Made by a program: the position numbers and the translations under genes
Source: Savitreella phatthalungensis
Lineage: Eukaryota
Reading direction: 5' to 3'
Assembly: GCA_051599415.1 (NCBI GenBank)
Contig: AP039709.1
Location: 186,001 to 250,000, forward strand
Length of the DNA: 64,000 nucleotides
The notes under the pieces: generated by a model
Database searches by the model: none
Told to the model about the DNA's origin: nothing
What the model saw: the letters and a program-made list of their open reading frames with translations, nothing else
Part shown: piece after piece, positions 34,558 through 45,670 of the stretch
Numbering within the stretch: the stretch's first letter is position 1
Layout: the number at the start of each line of letters is the position of its first letter

Positions 34558-35323
34558 ACTGGAGGAGGATTTAGGTACGATGATCTTCCAATCGAAGGGC
34601 ACGCCAGATATAAGATTGTAAAAAGAATTAAAATGTTTTGTAGAGCATCTAGTATATATCAAATGAAGAAACTAAAGCAATCTTGCATGGTCGATCGAAG
34701 AGAATGCGCCGACGATGACTGACTTGTAGGCGGTCGACAGGCGAGATTTGACTGTGAACGCATAGTCCAGGCCTCGAGGGAGGATCCTCAATGAAGGAGG
34801 AGGTATTGGGAAAGAACGGTGGTTTTTGAGTTTAGAAGTTCCAAAGATTCCCGCGCGCCGCGGCTACAAGAGCTGCGTTCACGCGAAGACTGGTCGAAAA
34901 TAGTTTTCAACTAGCAAATATCCATAGATCAGACGAATCTTCACCTCTTATGGAGATATCCGAGCACATAGATACCGCCTAGAGTCGTCGCGCCACTCCT
35001 ATTTGAGCTGCTGCCATGCGTCTGTGTGTGGTGTGTGGTGTGTGTGGTAATCCCGACGATTGCGGATGTTGCGTGTCGTCTCGCAGGAACCGGATGGCCA
35101 GACTCACGCAGTGTAGTAGAGTATCTACGACAGTCTGATCAAGGAGCTTTAGATTGACTGGGAATTTTCCCGTGGAATTCGAGTTGCCAAATCACGTGTC
35201 TGGTCATGCCAATGCAGGATTCTACAAGCGTACGTACGTGCCAAGCTATACCTACAGCGAAGCTTTTCGACGCTCTCTACCTTCAACCTTCTACTTCGCT
35301 TTCTATGCGATGTCTAGTGTTGT

Positions 35324-37450
35324 CTACTTGCCCAGAAGACCGCCAAGACGCGGTGTTGTCGATGCCCCTGCAGATGTCGAGAGGACTGGGCTCAGACTTC
35401 TACCTCTGTAGTTGCCAAAGTTCACATCGAGATCGAGGATTATCTTGAGCGCGTTGCGGGAACGGAGGTATGGCAGCGGTGCTTTCTCCGACTGCTTTGT
35501 GAGTCCCGGTGACAAGGTTCCTGCAGCTGCAGCCTCGTCTTCCGGATGGAGCGGGAAGGTGGTCTGGAGGAATTCGTAGGCGGCAAGGGTCGCTCCGAAT
35601 TGTGGAGAAGATCGGAAGATACGCGCTGGTCCACCCTTGAAGAGCGCCTTCGGGCCTTCTTCCCGCAGAATCGTCGTGAATGCGTGGACGATACCCCTAT
35701 AATTGGTCTCTCCCTTGCGTGCCTCGACCTGCAGACGAGTCTTGATAACATCTGCCGGCGTGGTGAGGTAGGCAGCGGGCATGCCTGCGATCGCGCCGGC
35801 AGTGAGGAGCTGGAGGATGCCGAGCTTCTTCGTTGGTGATTCGCCAAAGTAATCCTTCTTCAGATGTGCGTATGTCGGGAAGTAAATGGCACTGAACGGA
35901 ATGTCACGCATCAAACACGCCGATGCACCCCTGTACAATCCAAATAGTCCGAGTGACTTGACGATCCACAGAGCAGAGCGCCTCGGCACACCGGCCACGT
36001 TCTTTGCCAGCTCACCCTGGACCTGCAGCCGAATCTTGACAATCTCGAGCGGATTGGTGAAGATGACCTGGCAACCACCTGCGGTACCACCTGCCAAAAT
36101 TTCATAAGGTATAGGGATGGAGCCATCTGCAGCCTTTAGCTTGCCTCGGACGAGATCGTTCACAGTCAGCTTGATGGCTTTTTCCGGCGCAACACCGATC
36201 AGCTGCGGTCCGAGACCGCTGTAGAGCCCCTTGAACCCCTCGTTCTTGATCACCTTTTTGAAGCAGTCCATGGAGTTCTTGTACATCAACTGGCCAACCA
36301 CCTTCGATCTTTGATTCTGCATCCGTGTCTTCACCAGATCGATCGGGTAGACGACGGATGCACCGAATCCACCAGCCACAGCGCCCAGGCCGAAGTGATA
36401 TGCGCTCTCGAGCAAGTCAGACAGGAAGGAGGTTGTGGAAGCGGGGACACCGCCTTCGGCGACGGCACGTGTTGCCGTGTCACCGGCCTCGATCCACGTC
36501 GGGTCAGCTATCTTTGCAAAGTCCTCGACGGTCAATCGTCCTGTGGCGTTGTCGAGTCCGGCAAAGTGGAAGAGGATGTCTACCTCCATCGGTGTGAACA
36601 AGCTGTACCGCGTCATTCGAGATGCCTGGACGAAGAAATCCGTCTTGGTGATGCGACCGTCTGCAGAGCGCGAGGCAGCAGCCCTGACGATGTTGTCGAC
36701 CATGTCCATCTCACGTACAACGTTGCTGAATGCGCGAACGGTCGAGTAGCTGATCTTCGATGACTCTCCGAGGTTGCACAAGGTCGGCAGGTTCTGTAAG
36801 AGGTGGTCAGACAGCTTGTGTCCGACTGTGTCACGCACGATCCGAGCAAATTCCTCGGGCTCGATATAGCCATTGTCATCTCTGTCGTAGAAGAGGAAGG
36901 CCTGTCTGAGGCGTTCACCCTGAAGACCACGCAGCATCTGGGCAAATTGCGAGTATGTGAGCTCATGCCGCTTTCCCTTTTTGCCGACGTAAAGGTTTGC
37001 CCATTTGGAGTTCCAGTCGAATGGGACCGTCTCCGAATCTGCCACGTTGCCACGGTTGCGCTCGAGCGTCTCGACGAAGCCGTCCCAGGTCACCCTGCCG
37101 GTGCCCTGTGTATCGAATAACCGGAATGCAATCTCGTATTCTGCATCTGGCTTTGCGAGCAGATTTGTGAAGACGACCCAGTCTGAGAGTGTGACCTTTC
37201 CAGCGTTGCGTCGATCGGCAGCCTGGAAAAGGATAGCGTACTGTTCCCGGGAGATCTTGTGGTAGTCCTGAGCACCGGATGACTGAGTGATGGCATTTAC
37301 GAAGCCTTCCACAGTCATATACCGTTCACCCGAGGTCTCATCCTGAACGGCGAATCTGTCGAATGCGGCCCTAGACTGCTGAGAAGGTGTCTCCTCGGGC
37401 GTTTGATCCTGCCCGATAAGCGAAGACTTGACCGTCTCTAGCGTTGCCAT
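35324..37450 (-). CDS. AGC1: Mitochondrial aspartate/glutamate carrier with EF-hands (aralar/citrin type)
   Basis: EF-hands (DTQGTG, DRDDNGYI), carrier motifs VYPIDLVKTRMQNQR, TNPLEIVKIRLQ, TTPADVIKTRLQ, RSSPQFG. Confidence 0.95.
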   Translation of the reverse strand: MATLETVKSSLIGQDQTPEETPSQQSRAAFDRFAVQDETSGERYMTVEGFVNAITQSSGAQDYHKISREQYAILFQAADRRNAGKVTLSDWVVFTNLLAKPDAEYEIAFRLFDTQGTGRVTWDGFVETLERNRGNVADSETVPFDWNSKWANLYVGKKGKRHELTYSQFAQMLRGLQGERLRQAFLFYDRDDNGYIEPEEFARIVRDTVGHKLSDHLLQNLPTLCNLGESSKISYSTVRAFSNVVREMDMVDNIVRAAASRSADGRITKTDFFVQASRMTRYSLFTPMEVDILFHFAGLDNATGRLTVEDFAKIADPTWIEAGDTATRAVAEGGVPASTTSFLSDLLESAYHFGLGAVAGGFGASVVYPIDLVKTRMQNQRSKVVGQLMYKNSMDCFKKVIKNEGFKGLYSGLGPQLIGVAPEKAIKLTVNDLVRGKLKAADGSIPIPYEILAGGTAGGCQVIFTNPLEIVKIRLQVQGELAKNVAGVPRRSALWIVKSLGLFGLYRGASACLMRDIPFSAIYFPTYAHLKKDYFGESPTKKLGILQLLTAGAIAGMPAAYLTTPADVIKTRLQVEARKGETNYRGIVHAFTTILREEGPKALFKGGPARIFRSSPQFGATLAAYEFLQTTFPLHPEDEAAAAGTLSPGLTKQSEKAPLPYLRSRNALKIILDLDVNFGNYRGRSLSPVLSTSAGASTTPRLGGLLGK

Positions 37451-38340
37451 CGAAACGGAAGACTTTGTGCCGGGATTGAGGAGGTGCTTCGAGATTATTG
37501 TACTTTGTTGGAGCTCGTTTTCTACGGATTGGAAACAAAGTGTGTGTATGTGTGTGGTGGGTGTGTATGCTATGCTTGCTCTGCTGCACGGGTATTCGGT
37601 AGACAGCGCCGAGCAGCGCAGAGTGGAAATGCGGTAAGGTGCGGGGGTGACACAGAGAGAGAGTGAGAGAGAGAAAGCAAATCACGAGTAGGAGAAGAGG
37701 AAGTTAGAGAGGAGGAAGAACAAGAAGAAAATAATGAAGAGTATATCCGTGGTAAAAATTCATTCAAATAATGCATGGTCATTTTCCTGCATAGATTCTA
37801 TTCTGAATTCTGTTTGACTAGATTACAGCCATATACAGTACGAATATGCATAACATCATTGACCGATCATGCAGCTATAAATTCTAACTTACTTTTTCCT
37901 CCTGGCTATCATGAAAGAGGGCTATAAGCACAATCACGAGCATGACCACTAATAGGCGTACACGATCGAACAAACTCCCGATCGATGACATTTGATTTCT
38001 TCCGGAGACTCAAACTAAATCAAACATCAAATGAATCTAACGTCACTTAGGTCAAATCAGACGAACTGTATCATACTTCTAGTGTCTCCGCTCACTCGCA
38101 CAAAACGATTACTCCCTCCACCCGAAGATTCATGTGACTGATCAATCTAAATTTAGATCCACCCAGCTATAGCTAGTTGATACATTTCTAGGGGCATTTG
38201 AACCTGTCACGTGAAAGTAGAATCATTTCCATTCCACAATCCACAGATATCTACAGCTGCATGACACCGCTATTCTCGCACTCCAAGCATGAGACACAGA
38301 CTATGTTCAAGGACTAACTTGTTTAGGTACCCTACCCTAT

Positions 38341-41300
38341 CTATGAGGCGACAATCTTGGCCACCGTGATCAGCGTCTTGACTCCAGTGATCCAGTCCCT
38401 GCACTCCTCGATCGCAGATGCAGTCAACTCCATGTTGATCTTGTACGCCGGCCCGTAGTCTTTTGCCGCAACGTGGGCTGACAACTGACGTAGCCGTTCC
38501 AGTGTCGATGCTGAGAGGAGTCTGTTGTTGAGCGCATCGAAGAGTGTCTCGAGGCGCCGGGCACTGTCGTTCAGCGGCCGCCGGTACTTCTCTGGAGCAA
38601 CCTCCAGCACTCGTGTGATCTCCCCAGACAAGATCTCGAAAATGGGCCGGTCTTCTGCAGGGATGTGGTCTCGCGTTCCAGGCGGGTGCGACTGCTGTGA
38701 TTTCTCGACTTGCTGCGATAACCCGTTCTCCTGTGACGAGAATCCCTGCTGGGACGGTTCCCGCGACAACGCAAACGCACCGCCAGCAGACCTGATGGTC
38801 GGCGATTCCTTCGTCTCCACAGTCGCAGCCCGCGAAGCACCCTTCGGCGGAGGCGGCAATGGGTTCCTCGTCGGAGGTGGAGCCGTTGAAATCGGTGGAG
38901 GCGCAACAGGGTTCGAGACTGCGCGCATCGTCGGAACAGATGGTGGTGGCGACTGATACGTTTGCTGTTGCTGTGGCTGAGGAATTTGCTGCTGGAACTG
39001 TTGCTGCTGCTGCTGCTGCTGCTGCTGATAGTGTTGTTGCTGCTGTGGCTGCAGCTGTTGCTGCGCGGGACGTGGCGGAGGGGGCAGTCCTGTAGTAGGG
39101 CCAGGCGGCGGGGTCTGCACGCCTGGTGTTCCTGCGAACGGTGTAGCGATACCGGCGTGTACGACCGCAGGAGTCGCTCGACGAGATGGAGCGGGATCGA
39201 GTTCCGGAGCGTCGTTCCAGGGCGTGATATCTTTCCGGTTTGCTGCAGGCAACATGGTTGGTCCGCTCGGTGGCGGTCGTGGTTGACCGTATGCATATGC
39301 GCTCGGCGGCTGGTAAGCCGCTCGTCCAAATTGTGATGGCGCAGCGGGTACTGCCGGCCTAGCAGGAGCGTAGGGTGAGGCGCCCGCGGGAGCGTATGCT
39401 GCTGGCGTCTGTGTCGGTGCCAAGGCTGGGGCCGGGCCCGGCACAGCTGCTGCTTGAGCAGGGGCATATGCTGGCGCATACTGTGACCTGGGAGCCGATG
39501 CTGTAGCCTGTGTCGGTGCTGATTGAGGCGCGACTGGTCCGGCCGGCGACGACACCGCGGGAACCTGGGGACGTCCATATGGAGACGGCGGCAGAACTGT
39601 TGGCTGGAGTGGTGCCGGTCGCGACGCTGTAGCATAAGGTCCACGATTCTGCTGTTGCTGCTGTGATTGCTGCGATTTTGCGCGTGGTTGGAGACGATCT
39701 GTGAGAGCCTTTGCAGTTGAGTAGTCTGCCGGAACGAGTGAAAGATACTCCTTCGCTGCATCCTGACGACCCTCCGCCGCAAGGAGGTGAGCAAACTCAA
39801 GGTAGCGGTCATACAGAGCTGCGAGAGCGTACTTGCCATCGATTTTCCGGCGGTCATCTGAGAAGGACACTGCCTTCCGGAATGCCTGCGCCTTTTTGAC
39901 AACCGTTGCAAGAGCGGCCACGTGCAGCTCGAAAGCATTACCGCTGCCAGACTTCAGATTGTCGCGCTCAGAAGCCTCTTGCTGCTCAAGCCAGATCGTG
40001 GTGAGTTTGCCAAGGTCTGCTCCGGCGAGGAAACAGATAGTCGCGTCCTCGCGCTTCCCAGCTCCATCCAGACGCTCTCCTAGGCGAGTGCAAAGAGTGG
40101 AGAAGTCTGCAGGCTTGGCATAGTTGCAGAATGCCACGAGCGTCTCACGCCAGCCTGCTAGATCGGCGTTCTCGACGAGGTCTGTCAGATCACCTGCAAT
40201 GACGCTGTTGAGAAGACGCCGGTATGGAACATCCGTCTTGGAGAGATATGCGTTGCGCACCCGGACTTGGGATTCCTGGCCACCGCAGAGGGCAAGCATG
40301 AATGCATCGCTCAATCTGTCCTCTCCGAGACACAGGTCAATCGCCTTGTCAAATCGGCCCTTCAGAATCTCTTCCGTGATGGCTGCGTCGGTCGAGGAGA
40401 ATGCTTGCTTGTCAAACAGATGGAAGCTTCCATCGAAGGATGGTTTCTGGACAATGGCAGAGAAGGCGTCTTCCCCAGACTCGTCTGCTTCTGGAAGCTC
40501 TCTCGAATGTCCCAGGTATGACATGAGCGCATCGCGAGGCTTTTCAGAAGATAGCGTTTCAACAACCGCCTCTGTCGCTTCATCCCAAACGCCCTCGCTC
40601 TTTTCAAGAGCCGTAGCGGCGGTCTCACCTGTGGGATACACCTCGAACGAGAGCTTGGACCCGGAAACCTTGACAAGCCTGCCGCAGTCGCCGAAAGTTG
40701 CAGATATTGGACGCTTCAGCCACTTCGGTGCCTGTTTAATGGTGAAGGAGGCAGTCTGGGCCTGATAGTTTCGAGGGATTGAATCGAAGAAGTCGTCGCC
40801 AGCTGGTGTTTCGTGTACAGGCGCATCTGTCTCTTTTGCTAGAACATCCTGGATAGTGTATATGGAAATTCTGCCGTCGAGAGCATTGTTCGCAAGCAAC
40901 TGAGGTTGTGATGGGCACCAAGCGACCTGATTGACCCACTGTGAAGAGATCGGCAGTTCGGCAAGCTGCTCGCCAGTCTGTGGGTTCCACATGAGGGTGC
41001 GGTTGTCCGCGCCAGAGGACAGTAAAAGATCTGGGTCCTGCTGACACCACGCCAAAGAGAGCACCGCCTTCTCGTGGCCGCGGAATGTCGATCGAGGAGT
41101 ATTGGCATTGCGAAGATCCCACACCTGAATGAGTCCGTCATCGCCAGACGCGACAGCAAGCAAGGTTGCTTCTGTAGGATGCCATGCGATCGCGTTCACG
41201 GCATAGCGAGTAGCGATATGAATGAGCTCGGACTTCTTTTTGAGATCCCAGACAGACAGGGCTCCTGAACGACCGCCGAGCGCGAGGATGTGAGCGACTC

Positions 41301-41754
41301 GCCGGTTCCACGCGATTGACGCGATTTCGTCAATCCGTGTGGACTTGTATGACGTGGTCGAGCCCTTCTTGTTCGTGTCCCACACAAGAAATTCTCCGCG
41401 TGAGCCTGCACTGACGAGCAAGTGATCCTGGATTGGGTTGAATTGGATGGCTCTGGCAGTCGCGTGGGTGCCGCTGAATAGCTCCTTCAATGTCTTGCCA
41501 TCGTGAAAGCTTATTTTGCCATCATCGAGAGCCACTGCTATCTTGTCTGCCGCCCAAGCGAGCGAGACAGCTTTGCTAGGGAGTGTGATTGACTTGGCAG
41601 GCTCATCCCCGCCATCAAGCTCATACAGTTCCAGCTTCGCATCGTCAGAGAGATCGTCATTTAGGCTGCCCGCGAGGGTTGCTACGGCGAGAGTCGTGTC
41701 CTTCGGACTCCATGCCAAATGACCTTTGACAGAGATATCTCTCAGTCTGACCAT
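38341..41754 (-). CDS. SEC31: COPII outer coat subunit Sec31
   Basis: N-terminal WD40s, APKWLKRP..ATFG, ACE1 region, Pro/Gln-rich linker, C-terminal RLETLFDALN...W domain. Likely start MVRLRDI. Confidence 0.93.
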   Translation of the reverse strand: MVRLRDISVKGHLAWSPKDTTLAVATLAGSLNDDLSDDAKLELYELDGGDEPAKSITLPSKAVSLAWAADKIAVALDDGKISFHDGKTLKELFSGTHATARAIQFNPIQDHLLVSAGSRGEFLVWDTNKKGSTTSYKSTRIDEIASIAWNRRVAHILALGGRSGALSVWDLKKKSELIHIATRYAVNAIAWHPTEATLLAVASGDDGLIQVWDLRNANTPRSTFRGHEKAVLSLAWCQQDPDLLLSSGADNRTLMWNPQTGEQLAELPISSQWVNQVAWCPSQPQLLANNALDGRISIYTIQDVLAKETDAPVHETPAGDDFFDSIPRNYQAQTASFTIKQAPKWLKRPISATFGDCGRLVKVSGSKLSFEVYPTGETAATALEKSEGVWDEATEAVVETLSSEKPRDALMSYLGHSRELPEADESGEDAFSAIVQKPSFDGSFHLFDKQAFSSTDAAITEEILKGRFDKAIDLCLGEDRLSDAFMLALCGGQESQVRVRNAYLSKTDVPYRRLLNSVIAGDLTDLVENADLAGWRETLVAFCNYAKPADFSTLCTRLGERLDGAGKREDATICFLAGADLGKLTTIWLEQQEASERDNLKSGSGNAFELHVAALATVVKKAQAFRKAVSFSDDRRKIDGKYALAALYDRYLEFAHLLAAEGRQDAAKEYLSLVPADYSTAKALTDRLQPRAKSQQSQQQQQNRGPYATASRPAPLQPTVLPPSPYGRPQVPAVSSPAGPVAPQSAPTQATASAPRSQYAPAYAPAQAAAVPGPAPALAPTQTPAAYAPAGASPYAPARPAVPAAPSQFGRAAYQPPSAYAYGQPRPPPSGPTMLPAANRKDITPWNDAPELDPAPSRRATPAVVHAGIATPFAGTPGVQTPPPGPTTGLPPPPRPAQQQLQPQQQQHYQQQQQQQQQQFQQQIPQPQQQQTYQSPPPSVPTMRAVSNPVAPPPISTAPPPTRNPLPPPPKGASRAATVETKESPTIRSAGGAFALSREPSQQGFSSQENGLSQQVEKSQQSHPPGTRDHIPAEDRPIFEILSGEITRVLEVAPEKYRRPLNDSARRLETLFDALNNRLLSASTLERLRQLSAHVAAKDYGPAYKINMELTASAIEECRDWITGVKTLITVAKIVAS

Positions 41755-41938
41755 CCTTCGAAGCTGATTTAGAAGGTGGGTTGTCGCGACGTGTCGCCCT
41801 TTGACATTGGCGCGCATCAATTGAAATCAGTACATACACAAAGATGCAGATGCAGAGGGAAAATGCGTCAGCGGCAATCAATTACAGTCAAGGAGAAAGA
41901 AGCGAGGTGAACGTCGAGACAGAGGAGGACTTGATAGC

Positions 41939-42505
41939 ATGCTCGTCATCACGACAGTCTCATGCGCAAATGTGCCGCAACTAGCAGCAGACCTGCTGGT
42001 CAGTACGCTTGGTCTGCAGCTACGCCAGAAGTTGCCGTGTGGCAGCATGTACCCATTCGTCGCGGCCGAAGGAGGTGAGATCCGCACAGCACTGGAGCTG
42101 TATGCGAATGAAGAAGTGTCTGTGCTGCTGCAGCGTAGTCCTGTGCTGCCAGACAGGATCGACGACTTCGTTGAGCTAGTTCGGAAAATCGCACAGGATC
42201 AGGAGGTAATCTTATTGACCTCCGCAGACGCCGCAACGCGAACGGACGAGGACATGCGGCGCGATCGCGTCTTTCAGCCTGAGGGTCTTGATGACCTTCA
42301 GGGCGTTGGTGAGCTCAGGGAACTTTGTGAAGCTCTGAAGCCGTCGCGCACGCTATGCTTATTCGCTTACCAGGGTGATAATCGGGAAGATGCAAAGGCC
42401 TTAGCTTCCGCTGTCATCCCGAGGGACGCCTGGAAGGAGCCCGCGAGCTGGGCACATGTCTACGGCGCACCTGTGTCTATCGGCGAAGACGGCATGTTCT
42501 GGTGA
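41939..42505 (+). CDS. Proteasome assembly chaperone PAC2-like
   Basis: VSCANVPQLAADLLV, TALELY, LQRSPV, QGDNREDA, WKEPASWAHVYG. Confidence 0.8.
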   Translation: MLVITTVSCANVPQLAADLLVSTLGLQLRQKLPCGSMYPFVAAEGGEIRTALELYANEEVSVLLQRSPVLPDRIDDFVELVRKIAQDQEVILLTSADAATRTDEDMRRDRVFQPEGLDDLQGVGELRELCEALKPSRTLCLFAYQGDNREDAKALASAVIPRDAWKEPASWAHVYGAPVSIGEDGMFW

Positions 42506-42566
42506 TTAAGTGCGATCATTATAAGTCATTACAGCGCTACATCATCAGATCGGGCGGCAACCAGCC

Positions 42567-43586
42567 TCATGCGAGAGCCGCGACGATCTGCTTCGCTAAA
42601 TATGCATGGTAGGGATATGTTGGGTGGACAGTATTGAGCCAGAACCACTGGCCTGGCGTTGCACCGTTGCATTGAGACGCTGCAGGAGCGGTGTCGCCCG
42701 GTCGTAGGGAGGCGTAAGCACTGCAGAAGCCGGATGTCTGGGTGTATCCGAGTGAGGACGGGTTGTTGAGGACGTTCACCATCGGCGTGTATGCATCGAA
42801 GAGCATGATGTTTGCAGATGGGTTGTTCTGCTGGAACTGCGACACCACCCATTGGAGACCGGCGTTGAAGCCCGTCACGAGTTCGACTGCACCCTGCTGA
42901 AGGAAGGCGGCCTGCGCAGCGCCGGAGGAAGCGTTGACGGATGCAATGTAATTCTGCACGATCGGGGTGTTCTCCAGCGCAGAGAGAGACATGACGAGGA
43001 AGTTTTGCGCACCCTTGCTTCGGAGCACCTGGAGCTGGTTGAGGTACGACCCTAGAATGTTGTTGGCGATATTTGTGAAGTACTCGCGAATCTGATCTGG
43101 GGATTGTCCAGACATAAGCGGCAGCGCACTTGTGAAGGCCTGCTGCAGATCATTCTGGCCTGTCCATGTTACGAACAGAGAGGTCTGTGGATCCCACGCG
43201 CTGCTGTTCACAGCGGCGAAGTCCTGGCTGATCTGCTGACGCAAGTCATGGACCGTAGACGCGTACGGTGGCGTCACAGAGCTGTCGGTCACGGCACCCT
43301 CCCAGGCGTAGTCCCAGGTCAAGAGCCGTGCGTTGGTCGACTGCAAAGTCACGACATCTACCCAGTTTGGACCATAGCAGGAGGTAATTCCTGGCCAGCT
43401 GGGATGTCCGAGACGGTTACGGATCGTTGGGTTCCCACCGGGCAGCTGAGAAAACCATGTTGAGGAGTACGAGTCTCCAAAGACGAACATGTTCCTGAAG
43501 CTGTTGAAAGTCGGCAACGCAGATCGTTTTACTGGCGCAGCATCGACTAGCGCGCAAGCCAGACACCAAAGAAGCACAGCAAACAT
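42567..43586 (-). CDS. Secreted SGNH/GDSL esterase (CE16 acetylesterase-like)
   Basis: Signal peptide MFAVLLWCLACALVDA, KR site, VFGDSYS, GPNWV, WTGQND, FWLNTVHP. Confidence 0.85.
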   Translation of the reverse strand: MFAVLLWCLACALVDAAPVKRSALPTFNSFRNMFVFGDSYSSTWFSQLPGGNPTIRNRLGHPSWPGITSCYGPNWVDVVTLQSTNARLLTWDYAWEGAVTDSSVTPPYASTVHDLRQQISQDFAAVNSSAWDPQTSLFVTWTGQNDLQQAFTSALPLMSGQSPDQIREYFTNIANNILGSYLNQLQVLRSKGAQNFLVMSLSALENTPIVQNYIASVNASSGAAQAAFLQQGAVELVTGFNAGLQWVVSQFQQNNPSANIMLFDAYTPMVNVLNNPSSLGYTQTSGFCSAYASLRPGDTAPAASQCNGATPGQWFWLNTVHPTYPYHAYLAKQIVAALA

Positions 43587-44082
43587 TTTTGATAGGGCCG
43601 TCACCAAGTTTGCGGACTTGCAGCTATATATCGTTCACCATGGGAGAGAGGTCATAACGGAACTAAGTGATCGATTCTATCGAGTGTCCGCGTCCGGCCG
43701 GCAATCACTGCCGATACCTGTTCCATATCGCATCGATACTGTCATACTGTGTCTCTTTGAATCCTCCCTGCAGTTTTCTGTTCCTTCATCCGTCTGTGTC
43801 TCTCTCTTCTCGATTCGAGTTTGTCTTAAACCAACACGTACTTGTGACAGGTCGCAAAAATGGATCTACGTCGGGTCAATTCAATAATCGATGGCGACAG
43901 AATTTAGCTTCTCGGAGCTTTCTCCACTTTTCCGTCCGTGGCCTCTGGCGCGCCGGATTAGGAGGAAGACTGAAGACGGCAGGGGAAGGACAAAGTACCA
44001 TTTCGGAGACAGAACAAGTGGTGTCAAGAAGGATTGAAGAAAAGGTGCCCTAGCTATCTTAACTTGATCTGACCGTAGCTGG

Positions 44083-45126
44083 CTAGTCAAAAACGATGGC
44101 TGCCTTGATGGCGGACTTGTCACGGACTGCATCAAGAGCCTCCTGCCACTGCTCGAGCTTGTAGGTCTTGTTGACGATGCCATCGACCTTGACCTTGCCG
44201 CTGCATAGGTATGCAATTGCGTTCGGGAACTGGTAGGTCTCGGAGAAGCTGCCGAGGATTGTGATCTCGTCACCGAAGATCTTGCTTGGTGGCCAGGAGA
44301 CACGTGCGCTGTCAGAGTAGACACCGTAGACAACAAGCTTGCCACCACGACGAACATAGTTGATGGAGTCCTCGAGGATCTTGGCGGAACCGGTGGCCTC
44401 GACGACAATGTCGAAGCCGTACTTGTTCTGCTGCTTGATATCAGCCCACTGAGCAGAAGCGTCGTCACGTGAGAGCTCGATGTAGTGGTCTGCAGCGTCG
44501 AGCTTCTTGGCCAGGGCCATTTTGGAGCCTGCATTCGCGGCGAGAGTGACATGGCAGCCACCGTTCAGACGCAGAAGTTGTGAAAGAACGAGACCGGTCG
44601 GTCCGGCACCGATCATCAGCACGGTGCTACCAAGTTTGGGAGCGATCTTCTCGAGGCCGTGGGCAGCACATGAAGCAGGCTCAAGAAGGGTTGCGTCCAC
44701 CCATGACAGGTTCTCGAGCTCGAACACCTTCTCCTCTGGGTACGCGCAGTACTCTGCAAGACCTCCCGGAAGCGTCACGCCGTGTGCCTCAAAGTGCTCG
44801 CATAGGAGCGGCTGACCACGACGGCAGTAGAAGCAGGATCCACAAAGCTCAGAGTTGTCTGCACAGACCTTGTCTCCGACCTTGAACTGCTTGACGTTCT
44901 TGCCAACAGCTGCAACCACGCCGACGGTCTCGTGACCGGGGACGAGCGGGAAGCGGGCAATGAACTCGCCTTCGTGGATGTGCAGATCAGTGCCGCACAC
45001 ACCGCACGCCTTTACCTTGACAAGTACATCGTTATCACGAACGACTGGGAGCGGGATCTCCTTGACGCTGTGCTCACGCGGACGCTCGTAGACGAGCGCC
45101 TTCATTGTCTTTGGCAGGTCGGACAT
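44083..45126 (-). CDS. Zn-dependent medium-chain dehydrogenase (D-arabinitol dehydrogenase-like)
   Basis: ACGVCGTDLHIHEGEF, PGHETVG, CGSCFYCRRG...C, GAGPTG. Substrate is an inference. Confidence 0.88.
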   Translation of the reverse strand: MSDLPKTMKALVYERPREHSVKEIPLPVVRDNDVLVKVKACGVCGTDLHIHEGEFIARFPLVPGHETVGVVAAVGKNVKQFKVGDKVCADNSELCGSCFYCRRGQPLLCEHFEAHGVTLPGGLAEYCAYPEEKVFELENLSWVDATLLEPASCAAHGLEKIAPKLGSTVLMIGAGPTGLVLSQLLRLNGGCHVTLAANAGSKMALAKKLDAADHYIELSRDDASAQWADIKQQNKYGFDIVVEATGSAKILEDSINYVRRGGKLVVYGVYSDSARVSWPPSKIFGDEITILGSFSETYQFPNAIAYLCSGKVKVDGIVNKTYKLEQWQEALDAVRDKSAIKAAIVFD

Positions 45127-45670
45127 GGCTGAAGAGAAGTGGAGGAAAATAGAGAGATAGGGTTCACTTCATCTGTTGACGACCTTATCGGAATTGTGCT
45201 GGTGTCCTCAGAGCTCGGATGCGCGTGCGCTAGTGATGGTTCGCATCTGACCCAGGCTGTGTCTCCAAGCTGTTGGAGCTGGGTGAATCGTATGAGAGTG
45301 AGAGCGAAAAATCTCTGATCCCGTGCACGATGACGCAGCTCCGTTTGTTTGCACAGCCGCGGAAATTTCCAAGTGGGGCCCGAGAAAACATATTTGTGAT
45401 GTTTCTAGGCTGGCCAGATTATTCGGGTTAAAGTCCGGTCAAGGCCTTGCTTGAAGACCACGGTAGAAGAGTGAATCACATGTAGAATGGGGACCGAAGG
45501 AGACTCGAGGAGTAGGACGCTCTGTGTTCGATATGCGCGATGGAAGGGTATAATTTAGGGAAGTGGAAGAGGGCTACTCTACGCGATATATAGTCTAGAA
45601 ATCGATCTTGACCTTGGTGGTCACCTCAAATATCGATGGTGGTCATCTTGGATATGCGGTGTGCACAACT

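Noticed and set aside
35020..35050. TG1-3 telomere-like tract
   Set aside because: Under 30 bp, internal, and consistent with the general TG microsatellite background.
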